A DNA stretch of 64,000 nucleotides from an uncultured Verrucomicrobiae bacterium (GTDB lineage: Bacteria > Verrucomicrobiota > Verrucomicrobiia > Chthoniobacterales > Chthoniobacteraceae). The first letter of the stretch is position 1. Each line of letters begins with the position of its first letter. This document shows positions 1 through 10,892 of the stretch, piece after piece. Made by a program: the position numbers and the translations under genes. The stretch spans positions 1,152,001 to 1,216,000 of the forward strand of contig CAVYKI010000003.1 in assembly GCA_963769025.1 (NCBI GenBank), read 5' to 3'. The notes below the pieces were generated by a model. The model worked only from the letters and a program-made list of their open reading frames with translations, was not told where the DNA came from and made no database searches.

Positions 1-261
1 GCCTCATCACGCAGGGCACGGAAATCATCCAGGCCAGCGAGGTGAAAGGCGGCCTGCGCAAGGAGGACGTGCTCCAGCTCTTCGCCGGCGCGCCCATCGC
101 TCCGCTACCTCGCGGAAATGAGCGACAGCATCCCGACCGTCGAAGGCCAGTGGCACCGCATCTACCTCCACCTGCAAAGCCTGCTCGGCCAGCTCAAGGT
201 CCAGCAGAACAAGCAGTCCGAGAAAGCAACGAGCGGCTGGAGCCTCTTCGGGCGAAAGTAG
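1..261 (+). CDS. Hypothetical protein, 3' fragment (frameshifted)
   Basis: Reads LITQGTEIIQASEVKGGLRKEDVLQLFAG, then in a shifted frame YLAEMSDSIPTVEGQWHRIYLHLQSLLGQLKVQQNKQSEKATSGWSLFGRK*, with TAG at 259-261. No family recognised. Confidence 0.5.
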
Positions 262-286
262 CGCGCAGCGCACGGGCCGATCACCG

Positions 287-385
287 GTAGCCGCCGACGG
301 CAGGAGGCGGGCACGCTCGTCTTCGCGCCGCACGTGTATTCTGCCGGTGCAACCAGTCTGCCCGCTTCCTTCCGTCAGCGGCTAC
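287..385. repeat. GTAG-type REP-like inverted doublet
   Basis: Arms GTAGCCGCCGACGGCAGGAGGCGGGCA (287-313) and TGCCCGCTTCCTTCCGTCAGCGGCTAC (359-385) match at 24/27 positions. Same family as 32800-32895. Confidence 0.85.
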
Positions 386-3300
386 TTTTCTGACACCCAC
401 TGCACCGCGTTCTTCAGCAGCGTCTGATACGCCTGCAGGTCGTGCGCGCGGGCATCGTGGCCGAGCGTGAGGCCGACGATGCGCGCCTTCGGGTGCTTCA
501 CCACGAAGACCTGCGGGAAAGCCTTCCCGGTTTTCGGGCTCGTCGCTTCGGCGAGCACTTCGATCGCGTTGCCCGCGGGGTCGGCGTTGTAGTTGTAGAG
601 TTCGTCGGTGATCTCGAAACTCGCAGGCACGCCCTTCGTGATGGGGTGCGCGGCGTTCGTCACTTTCACCGTGAAAGGCCCGAGCGCGTCGTGGCCGCGC
701 GTGCCGCCGCCGACGATTTGCAGATTCCACTCGGGGAAGTTTTTCCACGCGTACCACGTGCCGGGATGATGCGCGACGATCGCGCCGCCGCGATTGGCGT
801 AGTCGATCAGCGCCTTCTTCGTCGCAGATGAAACGGGCTGGTTTGCGCTCCACACGAGCACGTCCACGCGCTCGAGGATCGCCGGGACGCCGTTCGCATT
901 CTGCGTGAAGTCCACCCAGCCGCACATGCGGCGCGAGCGTGGCCTTGTCGGTGCCGCCGAAGAATTTCACGAAGTCGTGCGAGCTGCCGCCGCCCACGAG
1001 CAGCACGCGCGGGCCGTTCGCGGGCTTCGTCGCGGGCGGCTGCGGGACTGCGTCGTCGAACTGCGGCTTGAAGTCCGCGTCTTCATCCGCCTTCACGGCC
1101 GCGCCGCGCTCCGACGGCCGCCCTCCCGCTTTTCTTCGCAGGTGCAGGCGCAGGCGTCGGTACGGTCGGCAGCGGCGCATTCGCATCCGCCAGTTCCGCG
1201 GTGATCGCCACGAGCGTCGGCGCGGCGCTCGCTGCCGAACGACTCGAGCACGCACCTTCTCGATCGGCGCCGTGCGCGTGAGCTGCTTCGCTAAAGCAGC
1301 GCATCTGGTGGTTGTTCGACGAGCACGTCCACCCACTTCGAGCCCGGCACATCCGATGCGGTCGAAGTAGTCGGCAAACTCCGACGCCGTTCTTGCACAC
1401 GATGCTCTCCTTCTGCCCGTCGGCGTAGTACGCACGGTGATCTTCAGCACGTCGCTCGTGTCGCCGTTGTTCTGGAAGCCCCAGCCCGTCACGCCGCCGA
1501 GGAAATGCAGCCGGTTCGCCTTGAAGCCGCCGAGCTTCACCTCGACCTTCTGCGGCATCGTCTTCGCGCACGCCGTCGGGCCGCCCTTCAGCACGATGAT
1601 GTTCATCGGCGCCTTCTCCGGCGCGACGATGTTGAAGGGCACGCCCTCGACATTCACCGTGCCCGTCTTTTCGAAGACGAACGAGTCGCCCTTCGTCTCC
1701 GGCTTGGCGTAGAGGCCGAGCGCGGTCGTCGCGGTGAACGCGTCGCGCAGGTCGACGCGTGCGGAATTTCCCGCCATCGACGCTCTGCATGTAGGCGATG
1801 ATGTCGCGCAGCGCCTCGCCGCCGAGGCCCTCGAAGCCCTCGGGCATCAGCGAGCGGCCGGTGTTCACGCGGGTCTTGATGTCCTGCGACCTTGATCTCC
1901 TGCACGCCGGCGAGGCTCTTCAGCGTGATGGTCGCGGGATTTTCCGACGCGATGACTCCGGCATACGCCTGCCCGTCCTTCGTCTCGATGTTCCATGCGG
2001 TGAAAGTCGGATCGACTTCCGCGTTCGGGTCCACGATGGCGCTGAGCAGTTCGCCCGCGCCGTGCGCGCCCATGCCGGTGAGGCCGGGGCCGATGTCCAC
2101 GCCTGCGTCGCCGAACTTGTGGCAGATCGCGCACGTCGTCGTGAAGAGCCGCCTTGCCCTTCGCCGCGTCGCCGGGCTGCTCGACGGCGGCGCAGCAGCT
2201 TCGCGATGGCGTCCTTCTTCAGCTTCGCCATCGGGTTCAGCTCGTCGAGCATCTGCGTGGCGCGCTTGCTCACGGCGCGGTCGGGATGCGTGCGCAGGCG
2301 GCGGCGCTGGCGGGGCCGAGCGTCGTCACGTCGATCTGCTTCGACTGTCACCGCGTCGAGGAAGGCGAGCGCCCACTCGGGCCGCTTCAGCAGCGTGTCA
2401 AAGGCGACCGTCTGCGCGTCGGCGGAGAGCTTGCCGTAGGCCGACGGCGAGCGCGGTGCCGACGGAGGCGTCGCCGGTCTCGCCGAGCGCGGCGATGAGC
2501 TGGCGCTTGAACGCGCGCGCTGCCTTCGCGCGCGAGCTGGCCGATCACCGCGGGCAGGATTTCGCGCGTTCACGTGCGAAGGCCGATGAGGCTGTTCGCC
2601 GCGTCGATGCGCGCGTCGTCCGCGGCCTTCGTGTCGGCGAGCTGTGCGAGCAGCGCGCCGGTGAGCTTCGCGACCTCGCCCTTGAGCGCGCCGGCCTTGT
2701 CCCACTTCGCCGCGAGCGGCAGCGCGCTTCCGCTCGCGCCGCTGGCGAGGAGTTTGCCGAGCGCGGAGGAAAGTTCGGGCGTCATCGCGGGCGTCGGCCT
2801 TCAGCGAAGTGCCGAGCGTGTCGAGGATGCTGCGCTTGAGCGCATCGGCGCTCGCGGGCTTGGCGCGCGAGGGCGACGACGAGCTTCGCTGCGCTCTTCG
2901 CGCGGCTCGTGAGATTCTGCGCGAGCGCGCTGACGAGCGGCGCGAGCGAAGCGGCATCCGCGCTGTCGAGCGCCGCCGTGATGACCGCCGCCGGATTGCG
3001 CGAAGCCGCGCCGACCGCCGCGCTGCGCTGGAAGTCGTCGTCGAGCTTCGGCCACGCGGCGATGATGCGCGCGATGCTGTGCTGATGCTCTGCGCCGCTT
3101 CATGCGCGCGGTCGCACGATGCGCGCGCGAGGGCGCGCGACCGCGATCGGACCTGCAGCGTCCGGTCAGTCGGTCAACGCAGCGGTCTCCAGCGTGCTCG
3201 TTCGTGAGACATTCGCGTGATGCCATGCCCTCGCAGAACGAGTCGCGGCAGTTTCGGCGGACCAGCGCGGTGCGGCGAGTCCGCCAGGTCTTTGTCCGCG

Positions 3301-5690
3301 AGGACCGAGTCCATTGCAGCGATCAGCGCTCGGCTTCCCGCTGTGCGAGTCCGAAAGTGCGGCGATGCGTGATCGGCGACTGCGAGGATCGATCGCGAGC
3401 TTCGAGCTGCTGCTAGCCGAAGTCTGTCTCGGTGCTCCGCATATGTCGCGTCTGCCGCCGCATCGCGGCTTGAGTCGGTCTGGACGTTCCACGAGCGAGC
3501 CGCGCCGCAGTCATCCGCACCGCGCTGTTCGGATGCTCCAGCGCCTTCGACGAGTTCCTCGACGCCGGCCTTCGACAAATCCGGCACCGCGATCTTCTTC
3601 GCCTCCTTGTGATCGATCTTCCAGATGCGCCCGAAGTAGTGGTCGCGGTCGGGGCGCACGGCGGCGTTGACGTTGTTGTGGTCGGGGCCGCGCGTGTCGT
3701 TGTGGATCACGGCCTGGTTGTAGAAGTCGCCGACGTACATCGCGCCGTCGGGGCCGACGCGCGACCTCGATCGGGCCGCCACCACATGTCCTTGCTGCGC
3801 ACGAACTCCGTCTCCTCGCGGCCCGGCAGCTTGTGCGCGGTGTAGCTGCTGCCCTGCGGGCGTGAGGCGCTGGTGGTGCGATGATGTTGATCGTCGGCTC
3901 GGTGGTGAAGTAGTCGCCGTTGTATTCCGCGGGCCACGTGCCGCCGTCGTAGATCACGCAGCCCGCCGCCGCGGTGAAGTCGCCCACGCAATCGATCTGC
4001 ACGTAGGCGCAGCTGGTCGTAGGCGATGCGCCGGGAAGCTCTTCTGCGACGGCTCGATGACGTTGTGAAGCTCGTCGTGTTGCCGATCTTTCCGCGCGCC
4101 AGCGCGTACTCGGGCAGCACGGTCTGATGAGCAGCGTGCCGCTCGTCGGCTGCGTCCACATCACGCGGTTGTCGCCGGTGATGGTGAGGCCCCAGGTGTT
4201 GCCGCCCTTGAGCTCGAGTATTGCTCGATATGCGAGCCATCGGGCCGGAAGCGCACGACGCCGCTGCCGATGCGTGCCCTGCGTTTCGTGCCTTCGCCAT
4301 TCTTCACGTCGCTCGAGCCGCTGTAGCCGTGCGTGGCGTAGATCCAGCCGTCCCAGCCCCAGCGCGGGTTGTTGATCACCGCGTGCGTGTCGCCGGTGCC
4401 GAGGCCGGTGTAGAGCTTCTCGACCTTGTCGCGCCTTGCCGTCGCCGTCGGTGTCGCGGAGGAAAAGAATGTCCGGCGCCTGCGTGACGATGACGCCGTC
4501 CTGGTGGAAGACGAAGCCGGTGACGAGATCGAGGCCCTCGTAGAAGACCTCCTTCTTGTCCATCACGCCGTCGCCGTCGGTGTCGGTGAGGATGCTGATC
4601 TTGTCCTGCGCCTTGCGCTCCTGCACGCCGGGCGTCGGGTCGATGCCGCCGTGGTCCTTCCACTCCTTGCCGCGGTAGTCGGGCCGCATCCCGCGCCGGC
4701 CATTCGGATACTCCGGCGTCTCCGCGACCCAGAGCCGGCCCGCGGGGTCCCAGTCGAAATTCATCGGCTTGCGTGATGAGCGGCTCGGCGGCGACGAGCT
4801 TCATCGTGAAGTCGGGATGCACCTCGAGATTCGCGAGCGTGTCTGCCGGCTTCTGCGGGCCGCCCGTCGGGATACGTGAGCGCGTCGAGATTTCCTCCGG
4901 CTTGCACGTATTCATCGAGGTTCGCGCGCTTGCCCGCCCACGCGATGCCGCGCAGCAGGATCGGCGCGATATTGCGGCAGCTCGAAGGTCTCGAACGAGA
5001 TGCCCCGGGATGCTGACGAACGCGCGGTAGCTCGTCCTTTTCGTAGGCCCACATCTGCGGCTGGATGTCGTAGATGTGCACCTTCGCCGCCCTCGGCCGG
5101 CTTTTTGCCTTCCTTCACATTCGGCGTGTAGCTCGGCGGCGAGCACGCGCGCCTCGGGCTTGACGTCCATGTCGTAGTAAATCTCGTCGTCGAGATGGAA
5201 ATTCGACGCGCCCTGCGTGATCGGATGGCCGCCGCCGAGGTATTGATTCTCGGTGTAGTAGAGGTCCATCGGGCCTTCCTTCCACTTCGTCTTCTTCGGC
5301 ACCCACGCGCCGCCGATCGATGTCGCGCCACCAGCGCCGGATTCGTGAACGACACCGCCGCCGTGTGGATGACCACCAGCCCGCCGCCGCGCTTGATGAA
5401 ATTCGTCGATGCATCTTCTCCTGCTCGGGGGTAGCGTTCGCCGCCATCCTGCGCGTAGGCCACGATCACCTCGGTCTTCGCCGACCTGCTCCGCGGTCGG
5501 CCAGTCGTCGCGCCATCCACCTTCATGCCGCGCTCGGCGAGCAGCGTCTTCCACTCGGCGAGGAAGCGCGGATGCGCGTGGACTCTCCTGCCCGCGATTC
5601 TTTTCCCGCCGCGAATGAAGACTCGCAGCGGCTCGGCTTGGCTGGCGACGGACAAGGACGAAGAGGAGAGGAGAGGGCGAGGCGTTTCAT
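382..5690 (-). CDS. Large PVC-type heme-binding membrane-bound dehydrogenase-domain protein with N- and C-terminal ThuA-like domains (multiple frameshifts)
   Basis: Fragments in order: signal peptide MKRLAL; ThuA-like (FIKRGGGLVVIH, GGHPITQGASNFHLDDEIYY); MNFDWDPAGRLWVAETPEYP; DTDGDGVMDK; GPDGAMYVGDFYN; HEAT-like helices; CxxCH (CAICHK, ~2110-2135) with DIGPGLTG and IVDPNAEVDP; C-terminal ThuA (HPITKGVPASFEITDELYNY, LTLGHD). Confidence 0.8.
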
Positions 5691-5871
5691 GGGATGTGAA
5701 GCTGGAGGGCGAGGAGTGGGCCGCGGCGCGGCAGGAGAAACCGCCACCATGCCCCGCGCCTTGGCCGGAGAACATCCCGAAAAACGCACGACGAGCTATC
5801 GCGGACGCACACGCGAGCCGCTGCGTGATTGACCGCACGGCGGTCCGGAATCCAGTCTGCCAAGGCACCCG

Positions 5872-6724
5872 ATGCCCAGGCAACGAGCCCAACTTTCCGA
5901 AACGCACCTCGTCGGTTCGGGAACGCGTGAGGTGGAAGGTGCGGGCGCAGGATTGTCCGCCGCTGGCGGGGCACCACATCGCGCACGTCGGCGTGGCGGA
6001 TGCGGCGGCGCCTTACGAGATGGTGCGGATGGATTTCAGCGGGACCTATCTGCTCTCGTGCTTTGCGGGCCGCGGGGAGCATCCTGCTCGATGGCCGCTG
6101 GCAGCAGTGCCGCGAAGGCTGGGCCTGCCTCGCACCGCCGCATGCCTTGCTGGCCTTTCGGGCGGTGGCGGGCTCGCGGTGGAAATTCACCTGGGTGCGC
6201 TACCAGCAGCCGCCGGAGCAGCGGCCGATCATCTCCTCGTCGTCACCGGCGCTGGCGCGATTCGATCCCGACGCCGATCCGCTGCGCGGTGGAGGGGCTC
6301 GCCGCCGAGATGAGAGTCGCAGGTCGCACCGATGGCCGTGACGCATTGGGTCGAGCTGATCCACACCTACGTCACTGCGCTTTGCGCGGCCCTGGCAGAC
6401 GCGACGACCGCCTCGGACATCTGTGGGAATACGTGGCCACCCGCCTCGGCGAGCCGTGGTAGTCTCGACCGCCTCGCGCAACGCTGCCACCTGAGCACGC
6501 GAGCATCTGCGGCGCCTTTGCCGCCGGGAACTGGGCCGCTCTCCGATGAATCAGGTGATCTATCTGCGCATGCAGCTCGCGGCGAAGCTGCTCGCGATGA
6601 CGACGACAAGGTCGAGACGATCGCTCGCGAGGTGGGCTACGAGAATCCGTTTGTCTTCTCGACCACCTTAAAAAAGTGGGTCGGGTGGCGTCCGAGCGAA
6701 TATCGGGCGCGGCACCGCCCGTAG
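5872..6724 (+). CDS. AraC-family transcriptional regulator (frameshifted)
   Basis: C-terminal HTH DDKVETIAREVGYENPFVFSTTLKKWVGWRPSEYR. Divergent from the PVC dehydrogenase gene. Confidence 0.8.
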
Positions 6725-6738
6725 GAAAAGCGTGTCGA

Positions 6739-6941
6739 TTACGGTATTCCTGTTTCCGCCGGCGCAGCGCGGCTGCCTTGCTTTTCCTTGAGGACGTAGG
6801 GCGGCTTTGCCCAGCCGTGCGGCGCGGGCGTGGGTGACCGGCGACCGGCAGCGGGAGGCGGGTGCGGCAATGATGCACCAGCGCGCCGACGAGCAGCGCG
6901 GTGAGGATGAAGACGACGAGTTTGATTTCGTCGCGCGTCAC
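6739..6941 (-). CDS. Small membrane protein
   Basis: GTG start overlaps the KTSC stop (GTGA). MTRDEIKLVVFILTALLVGALVHHCR gives one TM helix; shifted tail PHGWAKPPYVLKEK...GIP*. Confidence 0.5.
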
Positions 6942-7282
6942 TTCTTGAGGGCGGGGGCTTTCACGCGTTCGCAGCGGAATTTGTCGCGGATGGCGGAGCC
7001 GAAAAAATGTCCCTTCGACTCCGGCGGCGAGCAGGCGCCGGTGGATTTCCTCCGGCACGCCGAGGTAGCGGTAAATGGCGCCGGAGTGAAATTCGATCTC
7101 CAGCAGCCGTTTTGCCGGATGATAGCCGACCGATGCGAGGACGGTGGATTGAACAGGCTGCCGTTCGATTTCGCCAGCCTCCGCGTGGAGCTGCAGCGCG
7201 AGCAGCGAGACAAGGATGACCCGAGAATCCGGCGAAGCCCTGCCGGCTCGTTCACTCCGCGAAAGCGCCACACGCTGTTCAT
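6938..7282 (-). CDS. KTSC domain protein (frameshifted)
   Basis: ERQPVQSTVLASVGYHPAKRLLEIEFHSGAIYRYLGVPEEIHRRLLAA followed by ESKGHFFGSAIRDKF, a typical KTSC pattern. Confidence 0.85.
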   Translation of the reverse strand: MNSVWRFRGVNEPAGLRRILGSSLSRCSRCSSTRRLAKSNGSLFNPPSSHRSAIIRQNGCWRSNFTPAPFTATSACRRKSTGACSPPESKGHFFGSAIRDKFRCERVKAPALKK

Positions 7283-7326
7283 GACTCCGATTCCTCCCGG
7301 GTGGCGCGCCCGACCGCGCCCGGCTG

Positions 7327-7758
7327 CTAGTTGTCGTCCAGTTCCCGATGTCGTCCTCGGTGCCGGGCTTCCCGTCGGGGCCGGCGCTGTACACGTCGAA
7401 GCTGTTCACGTTATGCTTTCCCGGCGAGTCGTAGAAGATACTCCCTGCCCCACGGGTCGAGTTCGATCTTGTCCTCGCGCTGGCTCCATTTGCGAGGGAT
7501 GGGTTCCGTGGTCGGCCTGACGACGAGCGCCGCGAGGCCCTGCTGCGAGGTAGGCGGCCGGCCGTTGGTGGCTTCGTAGAGCGCGAGATCGCCGGAGAGC
7601 TTGTTGATGTACATTTCCGCAGTTCCCCGCTTGGAGTCGTTCATCGCCGTCCGCACGTTCGGGAGCAGCACGGCCATCAGCGCGATGACGATGATGATGA
7701 CGAGCAGGATTTCGATGAGGGTGAAGCCGGCGCTGGAATTTCGTTGGAGGCGTTTCAT
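7327..7758 (-). CDS. gspG: Type II secretion major pseudopilin GspG-like (frameshift near 3' end)
   Basis: Prepilin motif AGFTLIEILLV, PTSQQGLAALV, DPWGREY, FDVYSAGPDGKPGTEDDIGNW. Confidence 0.85.
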
Positions 7759-8793
7759 TGGCGGGCAGGGGTGAGGATGTAGTCGAAATGTTTCCAATTA
7801 TGCTTCAGTTGCAACTCGACATTGCGGACCGCCACGCTGCCGCCCTCCTCGGCGAGGCCGATGTTCACGCTGTTGAGCCCGGCGCGCAGGAGGTGGCCGG
7901 GGATGACGAACTGCGCGCGCACCCAGCCGGTGTATTGGAAGCGCATCGAGAGCCCGCCATTCCGCGACTCGCCGCGGAAGCCGGGGTCCGAAAGGTCCGG
8001 CCAGTGGATGCTGGCGACGCCGGCGTCGCCTTCGTTGGCGGAGACGACCGGCGGCGCGGCGAGGTCCGCATTCAGCACTTCAAAGGTGACCACCGCCGTG
8101 AGCGGCTGGCCGGCGAGCTGGAATTGCCACTGGGCGGCGCTTTCTCCGCTCGGCGAAAGGCGGACGATGTCGGTGTCCACGGTCGCCTTCACGCGGCCGA
8201 AGAGCTTCGTGTCCTGCTCGGAGGGCTGGGCCGCGGGCGAGATTGCCGAATGGGTCCTGCACTTCCGTCGCGGCCTGGAAGTCGAGCGTCTGCCGGGTGG
8301 TCACGTCCTTCAGCGAGGACGCGAGAACTCCGCGGATGCTGCTGCCGTCGCCGGGCACGTCGATGTCGACATAGTCCGCGCCCTCGAGCGGGACGACGAG
8401 GCTCTCGCTGGTCGGCAGTCCTGCGCCGACGCCGAGCGTTGCCGAACGGAAAAGTTCGCGTCCGCTTTCCGTCCACGCGGTGACGACGGGCTGCATGCCG
8501 GCGATGTCGTCGAAAAGCACGCGCAGCAAAATCTCGCGGTGCAGCGACGGCATGCGGCGGAGGCGGAGGCGGTACACCGTCATCGGCGGCTCGCCGTCCT
8601 TTGCCGCGACGGGTTCATTTTGAAAGGACTCGAACCAGATCGGCAGCGCGGGCTTTGCGGCGCCCGGCTTTGAGAGGAGATGCAGATCCAGCCAGACGGA
8701 GAAGGGCGTGGGCGGTTCGGCGAGCACCCCGGCTTCCTGCGCGGTGGCCATGGCGGCGGCGCATGCGAGTGCGAGGATGGGGCGGAGAAACAT
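7755..8793 (-). CDS. Exported hypothetical protein (one frameshift)
   Basis: Signal peptide MFLRPILALACAAAMATAQ. ORFs 8080-8982 and 7755-8192 join, and the stop overlaps the gspG ATG (ATGA). Confidence 0.65.
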
Positions 8794-9096
8794 GGGGCGG
8801 GACGTTACGGCACCGCCATCGATTGGCAAGCCCGGCGGGACGGCGGAGTCAGTTTCCGCGGGCGGAAAATGGGGCGTTCTGCGCGTTTGGCGTTTGAAGT
8901 TGAGCCGCCCGCAGGGCTTCGTCAAAGGAGCCGGTGGTTTGCATGACCGAGGTGCCCGCGGCAGGCCAAATTCCAGAGCCAAACGCTCAACTTTTCAGAG
9001 GAAGCCTGAGACGTCAACATGTCCTCTGCACCCAAGCAGTCCCGCTTCAGGGTTTTCGCTCGACTCGGAATGCGGATGCAGGCATCACTCTCCGCG

Positions 9097-9607
9097 ATGA
9101 AATCCTTCCGCATTCTCGTTTCATTCACCGCGCTCGCGCTCGCGCCTGCTCCACCATCAGGAACCGGGCGGTGGCGGCGGAGGCGAGGAGGGCGACCACG
9201 TCTCGGGCACCGCGCTCGGGACTGCGTTGCCGGAGCGCACCGAGGGCGCGTCGTTTCTCGGATCGAATGTGGATCGCTCGCGATTTTCGCCGGTGCATTT
9301 TGCGTTCGACAGCTCTGCCATCGGCGCGGGCGAGCGCCGGAAGCTGCAGGCGGTCGCGGATTTTTGCCGCAGCGAACACAACAGCATCATCATCGCCGGC
9401 TTCACCGACGAGCGCGGGACGCCCGAATACAACCGCGGCCTCGGCGAACGTCGCGCGCTGACGGTGCGCGAGGAATTGATCCGCATGGGCGTCTCGGGCG
9501 GGAGGCTGCAGACCGTGAGCTTCGGTGCGGAGCTCCCCGCGGATGCGGGCTCGAGCGAGTCCGCCTGGGCAAAGAATCGCCGCGCGGAATTCGGCGTCGT
9601 CCGGTAG
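9097..9607 (+). CDS. pal: OmpA/Pal-family peptidoglycan-associated lipoprotein
   Basis: VHFAFDSSAI, IAGFTDERGTPEYNRGLGERRA, VSFGAELPA, AWAKNRRAEF. N-terminal signal is in a shifted frame. Confidence 0.85.
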
Positions 9608-9675
9608 GGCACGATCTGCGAGTGCGCCCAGGTTATTCTTCGGGTATGCGGGTTCTTCCGTCGAACGCTCCCCGC

Positions 9676-10715
9676 CTATTTTCCGAGCACCCAGCCAAGC
9701 CCGCGCACGAGCCGCTCGATGAGGTCGTCGTTGTGGTGGCCGGGTGATTCGTAAAATGTGACCGGCGATTTCCGCTCGCGCAGCACCTCGTGGATTTTTC
9801 GCGCGCCGATGTTCGCGCCGAATTCATCGTGCTCCGCGCCGTCGAGGTAGATGCGCTGCGCCGGCGCGAACGCGTCCGGCCGTTTCGCACGACCGTGAGC
9901 GGATCGAGATCGAGCCAGCGCTGCCACGCCTCGGCGCGGAATTTGCCGCGCCCGTCGTAGAGCCACTCAAAGCGGCCCGGCTTTCCGGCGACCGGCGCGT
10001 AATTTGCGCAAAGGCCCATCACCATGTGCGCGACGCCGTCGCCAGGGAGGCGCGCCTTTTGCCCGGAGGTCATCGCGCTTTCGAGTTCCGCCTGCGTCAC
10101 CGCGCGCACCGACGGCTGCGAGACGATGGGCTTGTGCGTCACTTCAAAATCGCTGTCCGGCGAGAGCGCCACGACGGCGGAAAATTGCGCCTGCTGCTAC
10201 ATCGCGAGCATCAGCGCGCCGTAGCCGCCGCTCGAATGCCCGGCGATGATCCGTGGAAACGCAGCGCCCTTCGCGAGCGGATACCGGGCGCTTCGACGGC
10301 CGGCGCGATTTCCTCCGCGACGTAATCCGCGTATCCCCGTGGCGCCGGAGTTCAGGTATTGGCTGCCGCCGTAGTGCGAGCGCCCATCCACCACCGCGAT
10401 CCGCACGGGAACCCCGGCGCGCGCCAGGCGATCCACCGCAAATGCGAGCCAGCCGCCGCGCCGCGCGATGATGTCTTCCGACGAACCGCCCCAGCCCGGC
10501 AGGTAGATCACCAGCGGCAGCCCCATGTCGCGTGTCGTTCCGTCCGGCACGAGCACCGCCACGCGGCGCGCAACCGGATCGCCGAGCGGATTGCCCTTCA
10601 GCTTCGCGCTGCTGACTTCCATGACTTCGAGCTGCGCGGCGGAAAGCAGGGCCGTGGAGCATGCGGCAAAAGCGGCGAGAATCAGAGCGTGCGCGAGGAG
10701 TCGTGGAGAGTTCAC
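9676..10715 (-). CDS. Putative esterase, alpha/beta hydrolase (frameshifted)
   Basis: LKGNPLGDP, LVIYLPGWGG, YGGSQYLNS, nucleophile motif GHSSGGYGAL, IYLDGAEHDEF. Confidence 0.75.
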
Positions 10716-10892
10716 CCGCCACCCATTACAGAAGCGCCGCGGAAACGGAAAGCGCATCGATGAACGGCCCGCGGGTAGAATTCAGCGGCGCACATTCCCA
10801 CGGACGCCGCGATGGATCGCGGTCGCGCCCAAGCCGCGCTACGCGGTCATCCGCGGCGCGAACAGACCTTGGGCCGGATTGTCAGGCGTCGG

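Noticed and set aside
1096..1131. GC-rich palindromic patch in the linker of the first dehydrogenase as an intragenic REP
   Set aside because: No second copy in the window and no clear long arms.
9604..9630. GTAG followed by weak hairpins at other stop codons (also near 37769, 45326 and 59580)
   Set aside because: They are short, imperfect and unlike each other, and G before TAG is common in GC-rich codons. A genome-wide count is needed.
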